Assembly (NCBI RefSeq): GCF_000143415.4
Contig: NW_003314268.1
Coordinates: forward strand, 3,790,559-3,854,558
DNA length: 64,000 bases
Direction of reading: 5' to 3'
Origin: Selaginella moellendorffii
Lineage: Eukaryota > Plantae > Lycopodiophyta
Of the stretch, positions 38,095 to 52,514 are shown piece after piece. A program made the translations under genes and the position numbers. Positions within the stretch are counted from its first letter, which is position 1. Every line of letters starts with the position of its first letter. A model generated the notes under the pieces. It ran no database searches and was not told the origin of the DNA. It saw only the letters and a list, made by a program, of their open reading frames with translations.

Positions 38095-39699
38095 CTACGA
38101 AAAAGAAGAGAAATTGTAGTTCTCCTCTCTGCCTCCCAAATAGCAGCTGACCTTCTTTACCTCGATTCCAGCGGCTGCATAGTCGTTCATGATCCTCAGC
38201 CTTGCGTCGCCCAAAGTTTCCCCATGGACAGTGACGCTGAACGTGCTGAATTTGACCAGTGGAACCACAAACACAAGCTCCAAGCTGCCGTCCTTGTACA
38301 CACTCCGGAGGAAATCAAATGCTTTGGTCCAGCCAGGCCTTTGGCCATACGGGAAGAGCCCCTCGTCTCTTCTCTTGTCAGATACCATCAGCTGGAGAAC
38401 TCTTCTGCTGCAGATGATGTCCCAGTCCGTGTTGTCGCGATCCTTTGGCTTGATGACGGTGTGATCAAGCTGTTCCGGAGTTATATCTTTCGGAAACTCC
38501 GTCTCAATAAGCATCAGATCCATAGCCTTGATGAAAGACTTTGCCTGCTCCTCCGGCCCAGACGGGCCTTTCTTGTTCATCATCACAGAGAGCATGTAGC
38601 AGCCATGCAGCAGCAGCAGGTGGAACTTCCTGTCAAAGAACTCAGCATACACACCGTTCTCGGAATCTGCTGTGGCTCGATCATAGTTCAGAACTCTGTC
38701 CAGAACGTCAATGTTAAGAAACGCCGCCAACTTGTCTGTGACATACAATGTGGCCAGCTTCTTGGTGGCGATGGCGTAAGCATCATCGTCCTTGACTGTT
38801 ATGTGGTAGACAAGATCTGAAGCATAGCCAGCATTGGCCACAAAGAGCCTCTTCCTATCACACACGGTGCAAGCAATGCTGTGAATCGCGTCCTCAAGCT
38901 CTTGCCGCTGATGTATGCTAGTCTTGGATAGCACATGCCTCGGGACGCCTCCCCACTTGTCAAACCTGTCGTCTACCTCGGCCTTTGGATGCTTGAACAC
39001 CCGATCGTTGAGCGTGTGGATTTCCTCGCGAGACCAAGTTGGGACAAAAAGCCTGATCACATCGTCTCGGTGGTGCTTCTGCTCGCGCTCTGACAAGGTT
39101 GTTATAACGGTCTTGCAAGGCAGGCTCCGGTGGTTTTCATTGAACTTCCAGTCTGCCAGGTACCACACCGTGCCTTTCTCTTCAGCATGCACCCAAGTCG
39201 TGGCAACGACGGGGTCAATAGTGGATGAAACTTTGCCGTCCTTGTCAAAGGCGTAGTACCTGTCGGATTCCCTGAACTTGAGAATGATGAGATTCCAGCA
39301 ACGCTTGTGAAGGAGCTCCCACAACAGAACGAAGAGAAAGCCGGACTTGCCGATCCCGGGCGTGCCCAGTGCAACCACGGAAGCTACCTCTGACGTCTCA
39401 CTATGCGCCCAGATCAAGTCGAGGATTTTGCCGTAGCAGCTCCTCATGTACACCAGCGGCTCGTGCTTTCCTGAGTATCGCCAGAGCCCCGTGAGTACTC
39501 TTGGCAGCTGCAGGAACTTACCCCCGGGCTCGTCGAGTAGCAGCGTCTGTGAGAAGGCTTCCAGCTGCTTGTGCTGGGCGTCAGCGATCGCTGCTGCTTT
39601 CTCTCGCAGATCTTGGAGATCCTGGAGACCTCGCGACCAGCCCGGGATGGGGGCACGCTGAGCCGCTGGGATGCACGCCGCCAGGAGCCTCGCTGTCAT
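38095..39699 (-). CDS. Crinkler/RHS-family (CR) protein: P-loop NTPase + restriction-endonuclease-fold domain, intronless, 534 aa from ATG (copy 3)
   Basis: VYMRSCY, Walker A GTPGIGKS, Walker B WYLAD, PTWSREE, FDKWGGVPRHVL, SDLVYH, LATLYV, then REase-like PKDRDNTDWDII...LQLMVS...LELVFVVP. This is the motif order of oomycete/fungal CRN and trypanosome RHS proteins. Confidence 0.85.
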   Translation of the reverse strand: MTARLLAACIPAAQRAPIPGWSRGLQDLQDLREKAAAIADAQHKQLEAFSQTLLLDEPGGKFLQLPRVLTGLWRYSGKHEPLVYMRSCYGKILDLIWAHSETSEVASVVALGTPGIGKSGFLFVLLWELLHKRCWNLIILKFRESDRYYAFDKDGKVSSTIDPVVATTWVHAEEKGTVWYLADWKFNENHRSLPCKTVITTLSEREQKHHRDDVIRLFVPTWSREEIHTLNDRVFKHPKAEVDDRFDKWGGVPRHVLSKTSIHQRQELEDAIHSIACTVCDRKRLFVANAGYASDLVYHITVKDDDAYAIATKKLATLYVTDKLAAFLNIDVLDRVLNYDRATADSENGVYAEFFDRKFHLLLLHGCYMLSVMMNKKGPSGPEEQAKSFIKAMDLMLIETEFPKDITPEQLDHTVIKPKDRDNTDWDIICSRRVLQLMVSDKRRDEGLFPYGQRPGWTKAFDFLRSVYKDGSLELVFVVPLVKFSTFSVTVHGETLGDARLRIMNDYAAAGIEVKKVSCYLGGREENYNFSSFS

Positions 39700-40952
39700 C
39701 CTCAAAATAATATTCTTAGGTTAAGTTTATGTTTATTTATGACACTTTCACTATGAATATAGAATATGTTTTCCCAGATTATTTATATAGTTACAAATTT
39801 TATTACATGAATAGTTGCAAGTGAGTGTGGAAAAAGTGAGTTTCCTTTATTGATTGGTTAATTCTACAACTTTGGTTGTGTATGTATGTAAAACTTATAC
39901 ATAGTAAGGGTCCTTTGTGGCCAACCCAGAAAGAATATTTATACATACTTGAGTTAGAAAGTAATCAGTATAAAATTAGGTGAGTAGATTAAATAAACAC
40001 TTGGTTTATTTTCATAAAAAAAAGATATCAGAAATGCTTTTTGAGAACCCTGTGTTTAGCCATTAGGTTACACTTCTATAAAAAGTTTTTCTCCTAACAT
40101 GGCTTTCATGAAAAGAGCATGCCAATTGCCATGAAATGTTCTATTTTCAAACTACATTAAAAGCATTTGACTTTGTGAATTTGGGGAGTTATTATGTCAA
40201 TCACAGATTTAGAGCATCTAATAAAATTAATATTGGAAAAACTTTATTTAGGGTTTTTATTTAATAAGCCAGTTTTCTTTTCATTATTTTTGACTTTGCT
40301 AGCAATAATTTTTATTTCCTTCAAGATTTTATTCTCCCACTAAACAGTATTAAAGAAATTGAAGTAAGAAAGCTTAAAGATCTTTTATTGTATCTTTTGT
40401 GAGTGATTTGATTAATTGATAAAAAAAAGCTCTGTTATTTTCCTAATAAATTTTCAAGTTTTTTCAAAAATAATTATTTCTTTTTAAAATAATAAAATAT
40501 GAAATTATACTTTAAATTTAAAAAATAATTAAAAATTAATATAAAAAATAGTCCTTTTTTTTATTAGTAATCCAAAACCACCCATACCATAATCCCCATC
40601 TCTCAAAAATTGGGCCATCTGTCCATAAGTGGTCATCCCATCATTGTGAATGTAATTATTTTGATGTTGTGGAAGGCTTAGTAAAGATATTTATTGAAAA
40701 CATAAAGTTTGAAAACAAAATTTTGCAAAACATAAATATTATGATGTTTTACTTCTTTTAAATTAGCAAGCTAAAATTTCTTTATAATAACTATATTTGT
40801 TTTTATTATAATTTACTATAATTATTTTCTTGATTAATATCAAATATCTCAAAATTTCAGGAAAAATAAAAAATCAGATTCTAATTTAATAGATTAATTA
40901 AAATAATACAAAAGTGAGAATTTCAAAATATTTTTTAAAAAAAAATACACTT

Positions 40953-41115
40953 TGTAAGGATCAAGTGTAAGGCTACAATACCGTATACTAATATTAGCAT
41001 AGTAATAACCACAGGTAACAACCACAAGTAAAAACCATAAAAGCCAAGTCAAAATACATTGTAAAGTATGTGAACTCCCTATGTACGAAGTACTAGCAGT
41101 CTCTATGCACTCACA
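40953..41115 (+). mobile_element. Solo LTR related to the Selgy-like family, in the opposite orientation
   Basis: TGT...TCACA ends match the reverse complement of the 174-bp LTR termini. 4-bp TSD ACTT (40949-52, 41116-19). Absent from unit 1 (~32614). Confidence 0.8.
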
Positions 41116-41322
41116 ACTTTAAAAATTTACTTAATACAATTCTCAAGACATTCTAAATAACAAAATTATTTAAGAATTTATTTCTTTATAATTGGAATTA
41201 TTACTTTTGTTATAAGTATAAAAATTAAATTTCTTGCAAGCTTTATGGACATCATATATATACACATACACATACATATATATACATATATACATATATT
41301 TAAAATAAATTTAAACTTGTAA

Positions 41323-42657
41323 TATGAGTGTATGGAACATGGAAATGGTATACAGAAATGTGTATATCAATAAGCCCAAAAACCCTAACTTATAAATTAA
41401 AACAAATCCAAGGGCTACTAAAATCCCACTATGCTAATATTAGTATATGATATTGTAGTTGTACACTTGGACCTCACATCATCCCTTCTTCTTAAAATGA
41501 TGGAAGATTGTTAAGGTTCTTTCGTGGATGGGCTGGGATCTAGAGGAACATCAGAAGGAGGCATTAATGGATCTATATGTGATGCCAATTATTCCTAATC
41601 CTTTTGTACGAAGTGTTTTAACCGCTGCACATGCACAATTTCTGAAAGATCAACTTGCTGAACATCATGTTGAACCTCATAAACTTGTGGTCCCACTTGT
41701 CGCAACACTTGATACAGCCCTTTCCACTAAGCAAGGAGCCCTTTAGATAAACTACATATCGTAAAATTGGGAAAATAAACTAACATGAAGTCATCTATTT
41801 TATACTCCTTTGATGGATGATAATGGGAGTTGTAGTGCCATTGTTATCCCACTTGTATGTGGCCTAAGTGTTTGGCAAAATTTACTTGGACAAGTGGAAG
41901 AATGCTAATCAAATACTAATCCCAAGATTTAGCATCGGAAGCTCATGGTAATTGTAAAGGTAAACTTTACTCTATTGGTAGAATTGGATTATAACCATAT
42001 AGGAGTTTATATGGTGGAACACTAATAGAACTTTGCACCCCTGTGACATATATATACTAAAGAGACAACAAATAACCTCAATCAAAATGATACATCAGTA
42101 TTCAATCAAATATTAATGTTCTTTTTCAAGCTTCTCTTCCTTTTTATCTCTCTTCTCATATTTCTAATGAACATGTTATTCTAGCACAATTGCATAGCAT
42201 CAAGTAATTGCACTAATTGCTACTCTAGAGTTAAAGGGGGAGGAGGTTATTACTTTGCCATTAAGAGGAAAGAGCGAAAGAGAAGAAGGTGAGAAAAGTT
42301 ATATGAAAAGGGAGATCTAAACAATGCAAAGGCTAGATTTAAATTAGAATCCCAAATCTAAACATTCCTTGGGGATAATCAAAGTTACCCCTCAACTCCA
42401 CTAATGTGAGTATATAAGACCTATCTATCGCAAATGTGATTACAGGTATTAAAAGTTACATATTAATTCTTTATTTACTGCCACGATTGTAAAAGATTGA
42501 TATTGTTGGGGTTCTCACTTTAGCTATTGGTAGCTGTATTAATTAGCCTAAAGACCCTAGAGTGAGTGGTTCAAATTGAAATCAATCTGATAACTACCAA
42601 AATCCCACTACACTAATATTAACATATGGCATTATAGTTGTACACTTAGACCTCATA
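41323..42657 (-). mobile_element. Paralogous copy of the deleted Selgy-like derivative
   Basis: Aligns with 32822-34070. The 5' LTR (from 42405) carries an unrelated replacement/insertion of about 120 bp. Confidence 0.85.
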
Positions 42658-44799
42658 GCAAGAAATTTATTTTAGATTTAGATTATATGCATAGCTACAA
42701 ATTTAAAACTTAAGCAATGCATTAACAAATCCTTCATGAAGTCTTTATTTTTAGAAACTCTATGTATATATTATAAATTTTATAGTCTTCTTTAAATGAA
42801 TTTTGGTTTCTTCAAATCTATTTATTTCCAAATGAACATCTTTTAGAAGCTAATTTACCACTAATGTTAAAAATAATAATAATAATAAATATATAATATT
42901 ATTTTGATAAATACTAGGCTGTAAATTTGATTTATGTGAGTGTTATATCCAAAGCTCAATCTAGCATTGATCTCATTTAGCTGATTCAAATGTAATTAAA
43001 AAATAAATGGAATACAATTATATAGAAATAGAGATTAATATTCATTTACAACCATTCAATGTTGCTTTCCTGGAGGCTAGGTTGTGCTATTTTACTTGTG
43101 TGCAAACTCATCTTTGAAAGAGTCTAGAGTCTCTATTTATTACTTATATGGAAGTCTTAATTATATCTCTAGCCATTCCTCTAGTTTATGATTGTCTGCA
43201 ATGTATATTAATTTTTTCAATTTTAAAGACTTTGCATGTTAAATTTTGTGCTTGATTTGTACAAGCTCAATGGAGAGCTCTTCATGACTCATCCACTTAA
43301 ATGATCCACCTAGATAACCACAACCACTTCTCCTACACAAAACTTGCAAACTCCTTTTTGTATAATGCACTTGTTTTATCCAACTCGACCATAATATTTG
43401 CACTTGAACTTTTCCTTTCTAAGTATACCACAGCTTGCAAAACTTGTATTCCGGAAGAGTTTGTTCCACCCTTTCTACAGCATTTGTATAAATTTCCCTA
43501 TATTGCTTATTGAAAATCCAAATGCTAGAATCCTCAATTCTAAATTATGAGCACTTGCCTATTGATGCCTTTAGCTCTTCCAAACATTACATTGCTCTTG
43601 CTTCCAACTCAAGTTGATTCTTTGGTATTGATGATCTTGTATTTTGTTCCTTTTACAAGATCCTCAAGCAGTACCTTATGACCCTAGGATCATATTTGGC
43701 ATGAGATTCAATTTTACACCAAGAGTTGTTGAGCACACAAGATCATCTTTTTTTTGCATGTGCTTGACAGCTCTTTCATTGTGTTAGATCATCCCAGTTA
43801 GTTTAAAAATTTCGAAGTACAAAGCTAGGAAAATAGAAATACATACACATCATGTATTGATGGTAGTTGATAGCTAGTGAGTAGAGATGTCAATGGTTGG
43901 CAGTTGCTTGTGTTTTATTTTTACAACATTATGATTCTTGAATTCTTCTAGCCCAAGTTCTTCATTTAAATGCAATTGGCTCCTTCATGGATGCCAGGAA
44001 TGTCACCACTTTGGATCAATCACCCCTCAAATTTGCAAAGGATAAGGAACTCCTTTCAAAGGATCATGCTGAGCAATATGTCTATGCTAAGAGGCAACTT
44101 TTTCTTTTCATTGTTCTAGCATATTTATATGATGCTAATGCTGAGATCTGCACCTAGAGCATGGCAGTATGGGGAATTGCCTAACCTAGCTGAGCTTGGT
44201 AGGATTTGAACTACTGTAAATTTATATTAAACCTTGCCAACCATATTTCAAAAAGTTGTATAACTTTCACATTTGTAAAAACTGGTTCAAAAGAATTTAG
44301 TTATGAGGTATTATTTTGTGCTGTATCATACATTCACCCAAAGGTGCTAAACCTTGTACCCCAAAACCGAGACTACTCTATGTTCTAGACGTTTTTGCGA
44401 AGTAGAGTAATTCCAGATGCATCATGTGACTGTGCTTTCTTTTCTTGTGAATGTGTAGGTCCTTATGAAAGATCTATAGCCACAATGACCAAGATAGATA
44501 TTGTGGCAATCAAGGAGCTAAAAAAGCAAAATTTTTGCAAAGCAAGTAGAGACAAGATTTTTGCAATAGATTTCTAATCCAATTCAGTGCAAGTTATTCT
44601 TCAAAGTTGACGAATCTAGATCTCTTGCACAGTCACTAGTTCTACAGGTGAACAAGTGAGCAGCAAGTAGTCACCTATGACATTTATGTAATATTTGTGT
44701 ACAAAATTAAAAAAATCTAATCATATTTATGACTTATTATATCCTTTAGAGTTAATGTGTGCAATAAAACATGATAATGACCATGTGGTTTTAAATATC

Positions 44800-45147
44800 T
44801 AACAACAAAAAAGAAGAGAAATCATTCTACGACAACTGAGTTGCTAAATGAAGTTCTCGTCTTTGCCTCCCAAATAGCCGGGTAACAGCAGCTGGTATGC
44901 CTCCTGGACACACGAGCATTGCTCGCAGTCACCGGCCAGGCAAGACATCGGTGCGATGCGGTAGATGCTCCAAGGCATCAGCACCAGAGCTCACACCCAG
45001 TAGCGCATAGAGATCTGCTGTCACACTACATGCGTAGGAGGAGAAGGAGCAGCACGTGACCCCAGCCTTGCAGTTCCTCCTCCTCTCAGCTTCTTGCAGT
45101 GCTCTGGGAAGACGAAAAGGGAGAGATCCTTGCAAAAAACTAGAGAT
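44800..45147 (-). pseudogene. Second J-protein/CRN-tail chimeric fragment (start codon lost)
   Basis: 44878-45147 matches J-protein 7432-7747 with deletions. The ATG position reads ATC. Joined to the CRN 3' tail. Confidence 0.8.
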
Positions 45148-45243
45148 CCTTTTTCCGCAGCTCTACTTTATAAAGGCCGAAAGATTCCGTGAATATACCT
45201 ATGGGTAATCTAAATAAAATCGCACATTTTATATTATCGGATT

Positions 45244-47151
45244 TCACGGATAAGCACACATGTTGGACACCAACACGTGAGATCCGGAATCTCGAGTGTC
45301 CACGGCGAAGAGATTCCTGGCCGCGCCGCTGGCCCGCCCGACGTCTGCATGGAGCCGGCAAGCGCCCAGCAGCGCGCCCCACGTCTTGGCGTGCGGTTCG
45401 TAGGGCATGGTCTCCACCAGCTCCTCCGCTCGCTCCAGATGCCCGGCCTTTCCCAGCAAGTCCACCACGCACAGGAAGTGCTCCGCCAGCGGCGCCACCC
45501 CGAAGTCCTGTTGCATGGAGCGGAAGAAGGCGCAGCACTGCGGGACGCGGCCGATGTGGGTTTGAGCGACGAGCCCGCTCAGGCAAGCCACCTGGTCTGC
45601 GGGGAATCCCTCTGCCGCCATTGCCGCAAACATCCGGACACCTGACTCCCCGCGGCCCGTCTGCGCGTAGCAGGAGACTATGGCGCTCCACGAGACTCCG
45701 TTGGATTCTGGCATGGCGTCGAACACCCGACGCGCGCGATTCAGATACCCCTTCTGGGCAAGTGCTGCCATTAGCGCATTCCAGGTCTTGGCGTCTCTGT
45801 GCGGCATTGCGTAGACGAGCGATATCCCTTCGCCTATGTTTCCGTTTTGCGCGTAAGATTGGACCATGGCCGTGTAGGAGATTTGGTCTCGATCGGGCAT
45901 GTCGTCGAACGCTTCCCTGGCGTCTTCCAGATGCCCGCAAATGGTATATGCTGCCGCCATTGCGTTCCACGCTGCCTGCGTGTGCTCCGGCATGGAATCA
46001 AAACAGCATCTTGCATTCTCCAAGTTGCCATTCTCCGCGAACCCGGATATCATCGTTGACCACGACACCAGGTTCCGCTCTGGCATATGCTCAAAGAGAT
46101 TCTCCGCCTGAGGCATCTGCCTGGCCTGGGCATATGCAGACATGAGCGAGCTCCACGTCAGCACGTTTTTCTCTTCCATGAAATCGAAAACCTCCTGGGC
46201 GTGGGTGGGCATTCCCGCCTGGGAATACGCGGTGATCATGGCCGTCCCCGCCACCACATTCTTGTCCGTAATCGAATCGTAGACGTCCCTTGCTGCAGTG
46301 ATGTGGCCACGGTCAGAAAGGGCCTGGAGCATCACCGTGCACGAAGCAGCACTCCAGTCCGGCATGGAATCAAACACAGCTATCGTGCTCGCGAGGTCGC
46401 TGTTTTGGTAGTTCGCAAGGAGAATTGCGATCCAGCTTATCACGTCATGCTCTGGCATGGACCGGAACACCACCCAAGCGTCGGAGAGGTGCCCCATTTG
46501 GGCATAGGCCTGCAGCATTGTCGTCCAGGTAGCAAGATTCCAATCCGGCATGGATTGGAATATCGACTTTGCGGCCTCCAATTGCCCTTCTTGAGCAAAT
46601 GCGGTGATCACCGTGTTCCACGTAAATACGTTTCTCTCCTGCATGGAATCGAGCACATCAAGTACACCTTTTAGATCATGATCAGTGGCGTAAGCAACCA
46701 ACATAATGTTCCACGAGATCAACGTCCAGTGTGGCATTCGATTGAAGAGATTCTTTGCTTCTTCCATATGCCCTGCTTTGGCATATGCTGTGATCATCGC
46801 GTTCCATGTCACGGCGTTCCTCTCGGGCATTTGGTCGAAGAGGCATTTTGCACCGTCGATGCTGCCTGCCTGGGCGTAAGCGCCAATCATGGCCGTCCAC
46901 GTGTAGACGTCCTTGTGGGCGATGCCATCGAAGACCCTGCATGCCTCGTCCAGGCAGCCGCATTTGCCGTAGAGGCGGAGGAGATGATCGTTGAGGAGCT
47001 TGTCGCGGGAGAAATCGCTGTGGAGGATTTGGGCGTGGATGCTCCGGAGCTTGGGCAGATCCCCGGCGCCGCACGAGCTGAGAAGGAAGACGAGGGCGGA
47101 ATGCGATGGCGGTGGAGCTGCTGGAATTGATCGGAGAGACGCCGCTCTCAT
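45244..47151 (-). CDS. PLS-class pentatricopeptide-repeat protein (S/SS-rich, E1/E2-type end, no DYW); organellar RNA-editing factor type
   Basis: 635-aa intronless ORF with repeated W(N/T)AMIxAYAQxG...A..LFD.MPE motifs, ending HFLCVVDLLGKAGHL...WGALLGACRLH...HVLVSN. Confidence 0.92.
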   Translation of the reverse strand: MRAASLRSIPAAPPPSHSALVFLLSSCGAGDLPKLRSIHAQILHSDFSRDKLLNDHLLRLYGKCGCLDEACRVFDGIAHKDVYTWTAMIGAYAQAGSIDGAKCLFDQMPERNAVTWNAMITAYAKAGHMEEAKNLFNRMPHWTLISWNIMLVAYATDHDLKGVLDVLDSMQERNVFTWNTVITAFAQEGQLEAAKSIFQSMPDWNLATWTTMLQAYAQMGHLSDAWVVFRSMPEHDVISWIAILLANYQNSDLASTIAVFDSMPDWSAASCTVMLQALSDRGHITAARDVYDSITDKNVVAGTAMITAYSQAGMPTHAQEVFDFMEEKNVLTWSSLMSAYAQARQMPQAENLFEHMPERNLVSWSTMISGFAENGNLENARCCFDSMPEHTQAAWNAMAAAYTICGHLEDAREAFDDMPDRDQISYTAMVQSYAQNGNIGEGISLVYAMPHRDAKTWNALMAALAQKGYLNRARRVFDAMPESNGVSWSAIVSCYAQTGRGESGVRMFAAMAAEGFPADQVACLSGLVAQTHIGRVPQCCAFFRSMQQDFGVAPLAEHFLCVVDLLGKAGHLERAEELVETMPYEPHAKTWGALLGACRLHADVGRASGAARNLFAVDTRDSGSHVLVSNMCAYP

Positions 47152-47523
47152 GAATCCTCACGATGCCGAAAACATCGAGAGAAGAAAAAATCGCGTCTTT
47201 TCGAAAGATCCAATCCGGTTTGGATTAGCGGAAAAATCCGGATAAGAACGAACGAGTGACAAAACAGATTTTCTATGGATTGGAACTCATTGATTGATCA
47301 ATTGACTCAAAAGGGACTGTACATTTTTTGGCGGACGGACCCGGGAAAAGCAAGCGATGCGGTCGGAAAAATCTCACTTCCTTCTCAGCGATGGATTTGT
47401 TCTTGCTTCTTTTCGCAGTGATCTCTGTGCCGCTCCTCCCTCACAAAGCACAATTTGTACAAAAGAAAAAGTAGCAAAGAAAAAATTCCAGCTTCTGGTG
47501 GATGAATCGATCGAGCTCCAGCT

Positions 47524-47694
47524 TCAGGATTTGACGAGCATGACGATGCAGCGGCGGAAGATGTAGAACCTCGACCTTTGCTCCTTCAAGAGCGAGTAGA
47601 GTCGGCCGCATTTCAAGCCACCGCCGCCGCTCGACGAGCGCGGCTCGCCCAGTCGCCTCACGGCATGGCCCGGCTTGTTGAGGCACTGACCCAT
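47524..47694 (-). CDS. RTFL: ROTUNDIFOLIA4-like/DEVIL small peptide, 56 aa (MGQCLNKPGHAVRRLGEPRSSSGGGGLKCGRLYSLLKEQRSRFYIFRRCIVMLVKS)
   Basis: Hand translation. KEQRSRFYIFRRCIVML matches the RTF domain signature KEQR(A/S)RxYIxRRCxxML. Upstream TATA-like motifs at ~47733-40 and ~47948-55. Below the ORF-track size cut-off. Confidence 0.9.
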   Translation of the reverse strand: MGQCLNKPGHAVRRLGEPRSSSGGGGLKCGRLYSLLKEQRSRFYIFRRCIVMLVKS

Positions 47695-49242
47695 GATCTC
47701 GATCGACGATCGAATTGCTTGTGAGCTACAAGTATATATAGCGAGCTAATGGATGGATCACTGCACTTCCCAAATCAAATCTAACCTCGCCCCGCTCAAA
47801 ATCACAGAAAATGGGGAGCCAAGCGAAATAATTCGCCGAGCAAACCAATCAAACAAGGTGTCGGAGAGGAGCGAAGAACCGTAGAGCACTACTTTTTTGC
47901 AAGTTGCAAGATTGCGATGGACCAACAGAACGGGGCCGGAGGCCTCCTTTTATATCCATAGCCGTCGGAGAGGTAGAGAGGAGAACAAATATTCCGTCCA
48001 ACGATTCCGTCAAGTGGGTCACAACCCACCTCTTCCGTACCAGCATTTCGGCCCATACGGCCGCGTGACGTTGTGTTCATGTGGCCTGCCGACGCTGTTG
48101 TTTCCATCAGCTTAGCTCACTAATCAAATAATTTTTAACTAATCCTTTTGTCAACCCAGCGATCGTGTCTCCTGTTTCGTTTTGTCCCTGCATCGCATGC
48201 CGCGTTACGTGTGGAGGTCCCATTGGCGGTGAGCCGTATTTTATACGGGGCATTCATACGCCTGGCCTCCAAAGACAAAACAAAGCCAAAGCGCCCAAAG
48301 CGCAATTGCCAAAGAGAACCCGTCATCATTCCCTGGCCAAGGTTGTCAAGATATAAAACCATTCATTCCCATCTCTCGATCATAGCTAGCGTTGTTTGTT
48401 TCCTTCGCACTGATATATTATAATATTTGTTATGGTTTTACATTGCGCTAGCTTCCATAAAGGAATCTTTTTTCTAATAAAATCAATGTCTCTCTCACTT
48501 TGATCTGTGCATTTTGTGTGATGATATCACACACACATACATGGTACGCACAAGGGGTGCGTTTCCATTCCACGCCACATGCAAGCCACCAAAGCGCGAG
48601 AGAACCATCCAACGCTCTCTTTTGTTTAAATCCCAGGCGAAAGAAAGCACGGGCCAAATCTCATACGATCCTGTCCGCTGGTGGCTAGCGGCGAGTATAG
48701 TATACTACTCGTACTCGTATAAAACTAACTCGTAGGAACTTTCATTCCGCTTCGTCATAGATTTGTTTTGTGCCGCTTGTTCTAGAGCTTGTCAGCCGTT
48801 ATTTCCAGAAGAGTTCAAGGAACTCGGACCACTTCCATTGCTATCTTTCCTCGGATGATCCTTGGATCGCTGTCCTGTTCTTATGCTTTTTTAAAGCTTG
48901 CCACTCGAGAGAGCTCACGGATCGATGAAAGGGAGCTTATTAGCGAGGCAACATCGCAACTTCGTTGCCCCAGATCTCGGTGATGTTAACTTAAACGCAA
49001 AAAAAACGTTTGCTTATTTTACTCGGAGGTACAATGCGGTGGCTTGCCACCATTGGTCTCCAGTCACGGCTGCGAGAAAAGAAGTGGTGAACTGGTACAA
49101 TGTCTCGCGAGATTGTGTGATAAACCTCGGAGTTCTCAACGATGCGTCGGCTAAGTGCAGTGTTGCGGCTGATTCGGATCTGCGAACGAAATCATTCGTC
49201 TGTATGCTAAAGATGACTTTGAAACCCAAAACCACACCTCTA

Positions 49243-52514
<3,272 letters not shown>

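Larger units (their letters stand above)
36954..45351 (+). repeat. Tandem duplication unit 2 (~8.4 kb)
   Basis: Junction at 36953/36954, where PPR 3' sequence (gtctgcatg) switches to the aaccaatca start also seen at 23662. Confidence 0.9.

Noticed and set aside
38071-38820. 249-aa plus-strand ORF (and 24694-25308) antisense to the CRN-like gene, a possible antitoxin
   Set aside because: No recognisable motifs. It is explained as a codon-bias shadow of the sense gene, and its presence in both copies follows from recent duplication.
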